A stretch of 64,000 nucleotides of DNA from Candidatus Woesebacteria bacterium (GTDB lineage: Bacteria > Patescibacteriota > Microgenomatia > UBA8517): positions 8,685 through 72,684 of the forward strand of contig JAGUZK010000045.1 of the NCBI GenBank assembly GCA_020060845.1, written 5' to 3'. The position numbers were made by a program, and so were the translations under genes. How positions within the stretch are numbered: the stretch's first letter is position 1; every line of letters begins with the position of its first letter. Under the pieces are notes generated by a model. That model did not search any database. It was not told the DNA's origin and saw nothing but the letters and a program-made list of their open reading frames with translations. Positions 29,422 through 38,078 of this stretch are shown one piece after another.

Positions 29422-29974
29422 AAAATCTCATTAGTTTTTCAATCGCTATGTTAATTTCAGAGACAGATTGATCTAGTTCAGAGAGATCAACATCTTTTAT
29501 CGCTTTAGAGAAATTAAATGATCGTTGTGGTTTCAAGACCTTAGGTATGTTAATCTTGTGAGTTGTCGAGGGTATTCCCTCTTTTTCGTTCCCATATTGT
29601 ATAAACCACTGAGAATGGACTATATCATTCCTTGCTTTGCAACACTTCATAAGTAACTCTAGTATTTCCTCAAACTCTCTTGCTCTCTTTTTGCCACATC
29701 TTTCAACAACTAAAGACCTGAGTAGTTGAACCTTCTTCTCAAAACCTAAAGGCGAAGTAATTCTCCTTCCTATTTGTTGCTTTACTCCCGCATTTCCCTC
29801 AGCACCAATAAGTTCCCAAATCCAAAATTCAACCATCGCCTCCAAGTGGTTTAGGAGAACAACTACTTCCCCTATCTTTGCAAGATATTCTTTTGTTTTA
29901 GGGTCTTGATTATCAAGAATTTTCGCTGGCATATCCCAATTATAAGCTATTTGTGGGCATGGCAGGACTTTCAT
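29399..29974 (-). CDS. HEPN-like (Rx4H) protein, possible abortive-infection/RNase component
   Basis: 191 aa, all-helical, with KARNDIVH matching the HEPN Rx4-6H motif. Convergent with the previous gene and overlapping its 3' end. Confidence 0.3.
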   Translation of the reverse strand: MKVLPCPQIAYNWDMPAKILDNQDPKTKEYLAKIGEVVVLLNHLEAMVEFWIWELIGAEGNAGVKQQIGRRITSPLGFEKKVQLLRSLVVERCGKKRAREFEEILELLMKCCKARNDIVHSQWFIQYGNEKEGIPSTTHKINIPKVLKPQRSFNFSKAIKDVDLSELDQSVSEINIAIEKLMRFFTSSLQG

Positions 29975-30025
29975 AGCTGATAGGTGGCGGTGTAGAGCGT
30001 ATTATTCTTCCATAATCGTCTCTCT

Positions 30026-30130
30026 GGGTGATAATTCTGACAGTTCTTTTGTTTGGAAGTAAGAAGTTAAATCTGAAGTCTAAAGTTGTGGAATATCTTA
30101 TTCTATCCCTACAGAAAGATTTGACATCGG
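30026..30130. repeat. copy A of ~100-bp imperfect direct repeat (degenerate copy of the 5' end of the 35788..35991 ORF)
   Basis: Core tgaagtctaaagttgtgg...tcttat...cc..acagaaagatttgacat is about 80% identical to 35931-35988. Confidence 0.7.
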
Positions 30131-30280
30131 TTTAAAAAATCACTTAACAGTTAATTTTAGCAAAAATGAGGTTGTTTTGTTTAGGTTTTAGAAGCTTAAG
30201 TTCTAGTACAAAATCTCAAATACGAAATCCGAAGAGTTTAAAGTTATTCTAGAACTAGAACTATTTTATCATTAAGAAAA

Positions 30281-30724
30281 CTACTTACGAAGTGCTTCAA
30301 ATCCCTTCTGAATGTAGGTCTTTACATTGGGAGCAAATTCCATATCTTTTAAGTCTTCTTCAGAAACCCACTTTGTATCAATAGTATCCTCGAGTGGTTT
30401 TGCTTCCCCTTTTTTCCAATGGCAAAGAAAGATAAGTGCAACCACATGTTGTCCAGTTGAACGAATGAAAGTGTTGTTTGTTAAAAGTTCAGCGTGATCT
30501 TCTATTTCAACTCCAGTCTCCTCCTTTACTTCTTTCTTGAGAGTTTCCTCGATGACATTCCAAACATCACCCTTCGTCCTTTCCACCTTCCCACCAGGTA
30601 TCGTCCACTTTCCTGGTTCGTGAGTTTCTTCCCAACTTCTTTGAGAAACTAAAATCTTCCCGTCCTTTTCAACTACTGCGTTAACCAAAACTAGGTGTGT
30701 CTTATCTGTTGCTAAATCTGCCAT
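30281..30724 (-). CDS. NUDIX hydrolase
   Basis: Nudix box GGKVERTKGDVWNVIEETLKKEVKEETGVEIED. Confidence 0.8.
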   Translation of the reverse strand: MADLATDKTHLVLVNAVVEKDGKILVSQRSWEETHEPGKWTIPGGKVERTKGDVWNVIEETLKKEVKEETGVEIEDHAELLTNNTFIRSTGQHVVALIFLCHWKKGEAKPLEDTIDTKWVSEEDLKDMEFAPNVKTYIQKGFEALRK

Positions 30725-30774
30725 AACTAGCGTAATTCTACATCAAATTATCTTAAAGATCCACAACAAACGAC

Positions 30775-31434
30775 TCACTTCATCGCATAAGAACTTATTC
30801 CTTCTTTGTTCACCAGTCTTCCATAATAAACATTGACGAACTTCACTTTCCCGTAATAGCTCATTTCTTCTATTTCACACACACCTAATTTTCTCAGCTG
30901 TTCCTTGTTGCTATTTGCCGCCATGTGCATAGCTAAATTTTTTGTTACCAGTCTACTAACCTTTTCAAAAAGAATTGGTGTCGAAGGAATAGTCTTGGTA
31001 ATGTCGGGGGTTGTTTCAGACAGAGAAAGTCCCAAATCCTCTCTCCATTCAACATCCGAAACTACTACCTGAACACCATTCTTTCTAGCCTGAACAAGCA
31101 TCCCCTCATCTAAAGCATCCCTCACAACAAAAGTTATCTTATCTTCAACCCCAAATGTTCTAGCGTTTACTTTTGCTGCTCTTATCCTTTCTGGATTTAT
31201 ATCGACAGCGTAGATGTGGGGTAAATATTTAGCTAGAAAGACTGTCGTGCCTCCAACCCCGCAACACAACTCCAAGACTGGAACTTTCCCTAATTTTCGA
31301 AGGATGCGTTTTGCTGTATGCTCAGATGCTGATTGATAACTCGTTAAAAGTAAACCCTCTTTATCTCCAATAATAGGAAGGTTTGTTTTAAAACGATATC
31401 TTTTCCCTATTGTATCTATATCTGTGTATCTCAT
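30775..31434 (-). CDS. class I SAM-dependent methyltransferase
   Basis: Motif I VLELCCGVGGTTVFLA, a downstream acidic residue, and a DINPERI motif. Confidence 0.65.
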   Translation of the reverse strand: MRYTDIDTIGKRYRFKTNLPIIGDKEGLLLTSYQSASEHTAKRILRKLGKVPVLELCCGVGGTTVFLAKYLPHIYAVDINPERIRAAKVNARTFGVEDKITFVVRDALDEGMLVQARKNGVQVVVSDVEWREDLGLSLSETTPDITKTIPSTPILFEKVSRLVTKNLAMHMAANSNKEQLRKLGVCEIEEMSYYGKVKFVNVYYGRLVNKEGISSYAMK

Positions 31435-32291
31435 AATCGATATTTATCCTTTATTCTAACAACAACTTCTTTGGGAAGAACACCCCCTTTTAGCATGACA
31501 CAAGCTGCGCCCATCTCCGCACCTATTTGGACACATTCAACAATTGGTCTACCCCTCATATAACCAACCAAAAAACCAGCCTTAAAATTGTCTCCCGCTC
31601 CAGTAGGATCAACAACTCTCTCAACAGGAATTGTCGGAAGTTCCAAGATTGTAACACTCCCTCGATTTCTTTGATAAATTCTAGAACCTTCTGCGCCAAG
31701 AGTTACAATTAAAGCCAATAGCTTTTGATAGTCGTCTCCACTCAAAGTAAGATCTTCAAGATATGCAAGCGCAGCTTGATGTTCCTCTTTGTTCATGAAG
31801 ATAAAAGAACTAAGACCAGCAACAACTTTATCAAAATACCTCGGATCTTCAATTAACATTGGACCTGGTTCGTAAGACAATTCTACCCTTAACGAAGCTA
31901 ATCTTCTCGCCAAACCCGGTGGACAACTTACTAAATGAGCAACATCATAATCAGTTTCTAATCCATTAGGAACTTCCATCCTGTCCATGGTTGGATGACA
32001 TTGATTGTCATACCAAATACTACTTGAAATTGAATTGTCTCTAGATATAACTTCGCAAACAGGTAACTGCTCAACACTGTCAGAAGTTAAAGAAAGGTCT
32101 ATGTCATTTTGAATCAAAAATTCGCGATATCTCGCACTAAATTCGTCTTTTCCTAATACTGACATTATTCCAACCTGAATTCCCAAGCCCCTAGCAGCTA
32201 TTGCTAGATTGGCGGCTGATCCTCCATATTTTTCTTCTCCGTCAATGACATCTTTAGCCAGATTACCAACTATCAACAGTCTTTCTTTCAT
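31431..32291 (-). CDS. PfkB-family carbohydrate/nucleoside kinase
   Basis: C-terminal PfkB signature DPTGAGDNFKAGF and an N-terminal GG motif. Confidence 0.75.
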   Translation of the reverse strand: MKERLLIVGNLAKDVIDGEEKYGGSAANLAIAARGLGIQVGIMSVLGKDEFSARYREFLIQNDIDLSLTSDSVEQLPVCEVISRDNSISSSIWYDNQCHPTMDRMEVPNGLETDYDVAHLVSCPPGLARRLASLRVELSYEPGPMLIEDPRYFDKVVAGLSSFIFMNKEEHQAALAYLEDLTLSGDDYQKLLALIVTLGAEGSRIYQRNRGSVTILELPTIPVERVVDPTGAGDNFKAGFLVGYMRGRPIVECVQIGAEMGAACVMLKGGVLPKEVVVRIKDKYRL

Positions 32292-32911
32292 ATCAATCCC
32301 CTCTCTTTCAAATCCGAGACTATACTTTGAGCAATAAACTCTGTTATTAGTTCTTCTTCCAGTGTTGCATCGATGACTATAATTCTTGGCGAATGTCGCT
32401 CGGCTAAGTCCAAATATCTTCGCCTTTTTTCTCTTTGCCAGTCTAAATCCATGGAGTGAGAATGCAAAGAGTCTTGGCGAGTTTTGACAATTATCTCTGG
32501 ATCAAGATCTAGTAAAAATGTTCTTGTGGTCTCTGGTAAGCAAGCTACAGAACCCTCTGCCTCTTCAAGAGTCATATCTTTATTTGCAATTCTGTTAGAA
32601 TCTTTATATCTATCCCAAATTAAAACCCTATTTGTTCCCTCGTTATCTTTCAAGACAGCTATCATGTCCATAAGAAATAAGGCGTTGCGTTCCCAAGTTT
32701 TCAAACTTCCCATATTATGTCGTAAAAATTCACCCAATGGAGTAGAACTAGGACTTTTACCGACCTGAACAGGTATATTTCTTGAAAGCAGCTCTTTTTC
32801 TAATCTGATAACTTGCGTTGTTTTACCAACACCATCAATACCCTCAAGACTGAAATGGACTCTAGGGATTGGAATCTCAACCATTATAGCAGGGAATCTC
32901 TCTATTGCCAT
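32288..32911 (-). CDS. tmk: thymidylate (dTMP) kinase
   Basis: P-loop SLEGIDGVGKTTQ is the Tmk pattern. Confidence 0.75.
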   Translation of the reverse strand: MAIERFPAIMVEIPIPRVHFSLEGIDGVGKTTQVIRLEKELLSRNIPVQVGKSPSSTPLGEFLRHNMGSLKTWERNALFLMDMIAVLKDNEGTNRVLIWDRYKDSNRIANKDMTLEEAEGSVACLPETTRTFLLDLDPEIIVKTRQDSLHSHSMDLDWQREKRRRYLDLAERHSPRIIVIDATLEEELITEFIAQSIVSDLKERGLI

Positions 32912-34437
32912 TCTATTGTTGCAGGCGGTTTATCAGTAATATCATAGACAACCCTTCCAATATTAAGTTCATCTACAATCCTTTTAGATATCTCGGGTAA
33001 ATAAGGCATAGCGATTCTTGAAAAATTGGCAGTCATAGAATTATCTGACTCCACGATTCTTACCACCACCGCTTGTTCGTTTTTAACATGGTCATCACCC
33101 TTCACACCAAGGCTTGGAACATTTATTAAAATTGCAAAAGCCATCCAAATTTTATCTTTTATTTCAGATTGATAAATTATATCTTCTACAATCTTGGTAG
33201 CTTTTTTAACCAACTCTACCTTCGACGGCGTTACTTCGCCTTGAACCCTTATTGCAAATCCAGGTCCTGGAAATACTTTCCTTTTGACTACCCAATCAGG
33301 TAACCCCAATTCTTTAGATATCTCCCTCACTTGATTTTTAAATAATTCTCTCAATGGTTCCAATAATTTGAATTTAAATTTCTTCGGTAGAGCCGCAACA
33401 TTATGATGTGGCTTAATTCTTGAGGAAAACTTAGTAACTCCACTTTCGACGACATCCGACCAGATTGTTCCTTGCGCAAAATATCTAGCTCCAAAACTCT
33501 TTGCATAACCTTCAAACACTTCTATAAACCTCTTTCCAATTATCATCCCTTTTTCAGTTGGATCCTCTATCCCCTTTAGCGACTTAAAGAACACCTCTTT
33601 TGCATCTAAAATCTTTAGAGGAATGTCAAAATTCTTACAGAACGACTTGACCTCCACGAGCGTCTCATCTGGCATCAAACCAGTATCAACATACACTGCC
33701 TTTATTTGTTTTTTAGGGAATGCCTTGCGAAGAAGAACGCTCATTGTTAAAGAATCAACCCCGCCAGACAAACCGAAAATAATCTTCTCAGAACCAACTT
33801 CTTGTCTCAAATCTCCCACAATGGAATCGATAAAGTTTTTTGCCGTCCACCGCTTCCCTCGTTTTGCCCTACAAATAACCGAACAAAAATTATCTAGAAT
33901 TTTAGACCCATTCTCCGTATGCGATACTTCTGGATGAAATTGCACGCCATAAAACAACTTTTTATCATCCTTAATCGCAGCAACTTTAGAGTAATCACTA
34001 GAGGCTATAATTGAAAATCCTTTGGGCAACTTCTTTACGGAATCCCGATGACTCATCCAAACCACAAACTTCTTTGGCAAATCCTTAAAAATTCCGTCAG
34101 AACATTTCAGCTCTAATACAGATTTGCCAAACTCCGCTTTTCCAGCACCTACTTTACCGCCAATTCTGTCAGCCAGCAGCTGATGACCATAGCAGATACC
34201 CAAGATTGGAATTCCCAAATTTAGCCACTTTTTATCAAAATCAATCTTACCGTCATACACCGAAGATGCACCACCAGAAAGAATCAAACCCTCGAGATTT
34301 TTATTCTTATTCAATTTATTATAAAATTCCACTACTCTATAATCTCCCGCCAGAATGTGGGATTCGTATCCTAATTTAGACAATACGAACTTAATTAAAT
34401 GTGTATACTGGCTACCAAAATCTAGTATTAAAAACAT
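32902..34437 (-). CDS. guaA: GMP synthase (glutamine-hydrolysing)
   Basis: GATase domain (GICYGHQLL), ATP-PPase (SGGVDS) and a C-terminal dimerisation domain (...ATIEWQ). Confidence 0.9.
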   Translation of the reverse strand: MFLILDFGSQYTHLIKFVLSKLGYESHILAGDYRVVEFYNKLNKNKNLEGLILSGGASSVYDGKIDFDKKWLNLGIPILGICYGHQLLADRIGGKVGAGKAEFGKSVLELKCSDGIFKDLPKKFVVWMSHRDSVKKLPKGFSIIASSDYSKVAAIKDDKKLFYGVQFHPEVSHTENGSKILDNFCSVICRAKRGKRWTAKNFIDSIVGDLRQEVGSEKIIFGLSGGVDSLTMSVLLRKAFPKKQIKAVYVDTGLMPDETLVEVKSFCKNFDIPLKILDAKEVFFKSLKGIEDPTEKGMIIGKRFIEVFEGYAKSFGARYFAQGTIWSDVVESGVTKFSSRIKPHHNVAALPKKFKFKLLEPLRELFKNQVREISKELGLPDWVVKRKVFPGPGFAIRVQGEVTPSKVELVKKATKIVEDIIYQSEIKDKIWMAFAILINVPSLGVKGDDHVKNEQAVVVRIVESDNSMTANFSRIAMPYLPEISKRIVDELNIGRVVYDITDKPPATIEWQ

Positions 34438-34441
34438 GGGC

Positions 34442-35068
34442 TTAAATAGATTTCAAGTAATCTTTATAGGTGTTTACATGTTCTGTTAAGTAATTAATAT
34501 CCTCAGGCGTGAAGATTTTGAGCTTTTCGGCAACTTTACACAAACTCTTAAAATTGGAAATTGAGAAGACCTTAACACCCAATTTATCTCCGATTTCTTT
34601 GTCAAAACCATAACTAAAAATCGAATAGAGATTAACCCTACATCCTAAATCTTTGAAAAACTTAACCACCCCCGATACAGTCAAACCAGTCGCGAAAACA
34701 TCGTCTACCACTGCAACCAATGAACCTTTTGTTGGAGTCATACCGACAATCCTCCGTTTGTCGTTATATTTTTTGTTTTCTTTGCGATATAGAATTACAG
34801 GTCTTATGAGCGTATCCGCTATAGCTGAAGCATAATATGTTCCGCCACTCTCAATTCCACATATATAATCTGGTTCATCGCCAATCAGTTCTGACATTTT
34901 TCTCACCAAAAGATGTCTTACCTCATAGATCGGTAATGTGTTCTTGAGGTTTATGTAAATTGGTGAAAATATACCTGGTTTAACCTCAATTGGACAATCT
35001 TTTGAATAGATAACAACTCCTGGAGTTGACAAGAGTGCTGTTTCTACAATTTTATTCGTCTTAGCCAT
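34442..35068 (-). CDS. phosphoribosyltransferase (type I PRTase; orotate/purine PRT-like)
   Basis: PRPP-binding motif LVAVVDDVFATGLT. Confidence 0.7.
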   Translation of the reverse strand: MAKTNKIVETALLSTPGVVIYSKDCPIEVKPGIFSPIYINLKNTLPIYEVRHLLVRKMSELIGDEPDYICGIESGGTYYASAIADTLIRPVILYRKENKKYNDKRRIVGMTPTKGSLVAVVDDVFATGLTVSGVVKFFKDLGCRVNLYSIFSYGFDKEIGDKLGVKVFSISNFKSLCKVAEKLKIFTPEDINYLTEHVNTYKDYLKSI

Positions 35069-35074
35069 AGAGTT

Positions 35075-35135
35075 TACTCACCAGTGAGTAAGCAACAATA
35101 AAGAGGATTATAGTTTTAAAGAAATCTCTTGTCAA
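35075..35135 (-). promoter_or_regulatory. consensus sigma70-type promoter plus 5'-UTR hairpin for the PRTase-guaA-tmk-pfkB-MTase operon
   Basis: On the minus strand: TTGACA (+ strand 35130-35135), a 17-nt spacer, TATAAT (35107-35112), then an 8-bp stem hairpin ttactcac/gtgagtaa (35075-35094) before the start codon at 35068. Confidence 0.5.
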
Positions 35136-35159
35136 CCTTTCGTAAAAATAAATTAATAT

Positions 35160-35750
35160 CTAGGAAGAATACTCTGTATCCGCTTTCAACTTATCCTGGA
35201 GCAAATTTCGGACAACTTCAGATTTGGGAATACGATCCTTTTTAGATAAATACGAGAGATATTTATCAAGCTCGTATGGAATAAACATGTTAAACTTTAT
35301 CCTTGTCTTCGGGACATTTTTGAAAAACCGCCTTAAGATACCAGCGATGTTTTTAGGAGTATAGGACTGTTTAAACAACAACGGATTTTTATAATCTCTT
35401 ACCATCAATGGTAAATCTCCATTACCTCCTTTTTTGAAAAGGCACAAAACGGGTATTTTATTGCTCAGAGCATATTCAATTTGGATTCCCAGAGATGTCG
35501 AAGGAATCGTTATTTCGGCTACGACACAATCTGAATTAGATATTTTTTTTCTTAATGTCTCAAACACGTCGTCACCTTCTCCTACCCCGCCCTTATCTTC
35601 ACGACCACCTTCTTGAGATTCAAGCATAGCAGCATAATAAGGATTTGTAATTGTATGTTTGGAGGATTTAATCACCTGTAACACCTTTAGATAATTTTCC
35701 CTATCTTCCTTATGACTTCCTGAAGACGAAGCTGTAAAATACACTTTCAT
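35160..35750 (-). CDS. nucleoside 2-deoxyribosyltransferase-like domain fused to C-terminal ribbon-helix-helix (CopG-like) domain
   Basis: 196 aa. N-terminus MKVYFTAS... and PSTSLGIQIEYALSNKIPVL match the NDT-family pattern (SxGTxxExGyA..gKPV). The C-terminal IPYELDKYLSYLSKKDRIPKSEVVRNLL is RHH-like. Confidence 0.45.
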   Translation of the reverse strand: MKVYFTASSSGSHKEDRENYLKVLQVIKSSKHTITNPYYAAMLESQEGGREDKGGVGEGDDVFETLRKKISNSDCVVAEITIPSTSLGIQIEYALSNKIPVLCLFKKGGNGDLPLMVRDYKNPLLFKQSYTPKNIAGILRRFFKNVPKTRIKFNMFIPYELDKYLSYLSKKDRIPKSEVVRNLLQDKLKADTEYSS

Positions 35751-35787
35751 TTAACTGTATTATAACATGTAACAAAGATCCTGCGAA

Positions 35788-35991
35788 TTATCCCTGTAAA
35801 AGCCCGTATGAAGGTTTAGAAGGGTTCTCCAGGATTAATGGTGGTGGCACGGAGCGGATAATTCTCCCTAAGTTATCTCTTTCCTCAATAATCCGCCATT
35901 TTCTTGGGTGTGGGAGAATAAGCCCGAACTTGAAGTCTAATGTTGTGGTTGGGTATGTCTTATCCCGACAGAAAGACTTGACATTGAGCAA
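35788..35991 (-). CDS. small hypothetical ORF (67 aa) whose 5' end lies in repeat copy B
   Basis: The ORF is intact here; a degenerate pseudo-copy (MSNLSVGIE*) is found at 30105-30134. Confidence 0.3.
   Translation of the reverse strand: MLNVKSFCRDKTYPTTTLDFKFGLILPHPRKWRIIEERDNLGRIIRSVPPPLILENPSKPSYGLLQG
35857..35988. repeat. copy B of ~100-bp imperfect direct repeat
   Basis: See copy A; contains ttgacat and cagaaagacttgacat. Confidence 0.7.
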
Positions 35992-36753
35992 TTATAAATC
36001 AACTCTCACTAATATGGGACAGTGATCCGAGCCTTTTACATGATTTAAAATAGATGATTCTTTAATTTTTGATTTTAGGTCTTTTGCGATAAAGGCATAA
36101 TCTATTCTCCAACCCAAGTTTCTCTCTCTCGCATTATAACTATATGGAAACCATGAGTAAAAACCCGTTCCCTTGTTAAAAATCCTAAAACTGTCAACAA
36201 AACCAAGCGCTATTAATCTATCAAGCCACACTCTCTCCTCGGGTGTAAACATAGTATTGCCCATATTTTGCTTTGGTCTTGCCAAGTCAATTTCTTTGTG
36301 AGCAATATTAAAATCACCGATCAGGATTATATTTCTTGCCGTCATCTTTTTAATAAATCTCGCCAAATGTGAATAAGCTTTTAATTTAAACCCCATGTTT
36401 TCTTTCTGTCTTCCTCCGTGGGGCATATAGACATTTAGCAGGGAAAAATCAGAAAAACTGACTCCCAAAATTCTTCCTTGATTATCAAATTCTTCCAAAC
36501 CGATTTTGTTGATTATTTTCAAGGGCTCCAGCTTTGTAAAGACTGCCGTTCCCGCATATCCCCTTCTTTGATCACTGTTAAAGAAAGAAAAGTAGCCAAG
36601 GGGGCTTTTCAAATTAGAAGATAACTGACTAGTGCACGCTTTTATCTCCTGCAAGCAAACTATATCTGCATCTATTTTTTTAAGACTTTCTATAAAATTA
36701 TTTCTGGAGATTGCTCTTATGCCGTTGACGTTCCAAGAAAGAATTTTAAGCAT
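35992..36753 (-). CDS. xth: exodeoxyribonuclease III / AP endonuclease
   Basis: MLKILSWNVNGIRA...LQEIK...GDFN...DH, the EEP-fold Xth pattern. Confidence 0.85.
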   Translation of the reverse strand: MLKILSWNVNGIRAISRNNFIESLKKIDADIVCLQEIKACTSQLSSNLKSPLGYFSFFNSDQRRGYAGTAVFTKLEPLKIINKIGLEEFDNQGRILGVSFSDFSLLNVYMPHGGRQKENMGFKLKAYSHLARFIKKMTARNIILIGDFNIAHKEIDLARPKQNMGNTMFTPEERVWLDRLIALGFVDSFRIFNKGTGFYSWFPYSYNARERNLGWRIDYAFIAKDLKSKIKESSILNHVKGSDHCPILVRVDL

Positions 36754-36819
36754 TGCAGATGGTTTACTACAAGGTGTTTTTACATCCCCAATAGCTCAAC
36801 TAATATACATATAACCGCT

Positions 36820-37290
36820 TCACTTTCCAAATAACTTCCAAAAAATCTCTTTGAGCACTTCTTGTACTACTTTATCATCTTTCTCTAGCTTTTTAATAAA
36901 ACTTATCGGTAAAGAGATTGATATTGTTTGATTGCTTGAGAGACTCTTATACAAATCCTTGTACAATTTTTCCCTCACCTTTTTACCACGGGAGGTTAAA
37001 TTTCTTTTTAGATGAAAATCGTCAAGACTACAGGTAATAGACAGTATATCAGGATCGCAGTCCCAAGTTCCAAGCTGCAACATATGTAAAATACTCCCAA
37101 CTTCCAGCAAAACCCCCTCTTCTATCTTTCCTTTGAAATAATCCTTAAAAACTCTAACTAAGATTGCCCTTATCCTTGAAGGTGGATAATCTAACGCCTC
37201 AAACAAATTCTTAGCCTCATCCAAGGTTGCTAAATAGCTTTCTGTCTTACTTCCTAAGATGGTTAACTGTTTCACAGCCATATTATACAC
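36820..37290 (-). CDS. hypothetical protein
   Basis: 156-aa ORF; no domain recognised. Confidence 0.4.
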   Translation of the reverse strand: MYNMAVKQLTILGSKTESYLATLDEAKNLFEALDYPPSRIRAILVRVFKDYFKGKIEEGVLLEVGSILHMLQLGTWDCDPDILSITCSLDDFHLKRNLTSRGKKVREKLYKDLYKSLSSNQTISISLPISFIKKLEKDDKVVQEVLKEIFWKLFGK

Positions 37291-37312
37291 AAAGATCCAT
37301 CCACACTAGCTA

Positions 37313-37387
37313 GGAGTGAAACGGCTTTACAAATTCCAGAAGTGTCTATCTATTTCACTCCTGGAGTGTACATGTGTACATGTACAC
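37313..37387. promoter_or_regulatory. candidate operator: 10-bp inverted repeat (aggagtgaaa/tttcactcct) followed by TGTACA palindromic array (tgtacatgtgtacatgtaca)
   Basis: Read directly from the sequence, in the 5' region of the minus-strand gene starting at 37290. Confidence 0.4.
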
Positions 37388-37523
37388 ATAAGACAATAGA
37401 ACGGGATAAACATTTTGAAATCTCGAGGGCAGATAATTTACTACATTAAGCCAATCTCCAGCCTCACCTGCAGAATTTTACCCCACAGCTATATTCGCAT
37501 GCAACTGAGGATATAATTGCATT

Positions 37524-38078
37524 CTATTGATCCGAACCAGACTTATTTTCCTCCTTCATCTTCTTTGCGTTTTTTAAGGCTACCAATATATTAAGTAGTT
37601 CAAAAAATTGTTCTTTAGGTTCAAGTATCCTATATACTTCCCGCCTCTTATCATCTGGTTCACGTTCTACAGTCAACAAGTTTTCCACCAAACGTACTTC
37701 CCCATCTTTAGGCGACACTAATAGATACTTACGATTAGATATCCGCCATGCACCTACATTCATCCCTTTTCCACCATGACCTTCCCTCTTTTGATAAGAA
37801 ACCACGAAAACAACGTCCCCTTCTCTGAGATGAAAGGGCTTTTCTCCACCATCAGTCTTTTCAAAAAATTCATATTCTCCAAGATCATCTGGACGAAGAG
37901 CCATCACACTGCTCATGGAGATCACCACACCAGATTCAGTTAGACTAAAATATGCAGCACCCTCTGTATACCCTTCATTAACCAACCCTAAAACTTCCTT
38001 AAGATAAGTAGGAGCTAATGATTCTTTTACATTTTTTACACCTTTTGGTTCTGCTACTTCATTTATACCCCGGGCCAT
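37524..38078 (-). CDS. hypothetical protein
   Basis: 184-aa ORF. Confidence 0.4.
   Translation of the reverse strand: MARGINEVAEPKGVKNVKESLAPTYLKEVLGLVNEGYTEGAAYFSLTESGVVISMSSVMALRPDDLGEYEFFEKTDGGEKPFHLREGDVVFVVSYQKREGHGGKGMNVGAWRISNRKYLLVSPKDGEVRLVENLLTVEREPDDKRREVYRILEPKEQFFELLNILVALKNAKKMKEENKSGSDQ

Larger units (their letters stand above)
11429..29974. mobile_element. integrated element / defence island bounded on the left by ychF; right boundary approximate (30.0-30.3 kb)
   Basis: Contains a serine recombinase, two excisionase-like HTH genes, a phage-like replication module, an R-M system and many unknowns. A/T-richer than flanking housekeeping genes (judged by eye, not computed). Confidence 0.5.

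Noticed and set aside
30281-35750. The region between repeat copies A and B as a second mobile or DNA-hypermodification cargo (guaA-like, tmk-like, PRTase, NDT-like, NUDIX).
   Set aside because: guaA, tmk and the PRTase look like full-length housekeeping enzymes driven by a consensus promoter, and there is no integrase or transposase. Nucleotide salvage is the more parsimonious reading.
37366-37387. LexA/SOS box interpretation of the TGTACA array.
   Set aside because: It does not match CTGT-N8-ACAG or GAAC-N4-GTTC consensus, and no lexA is present in the window. It is kept as a generic operator candidate only.
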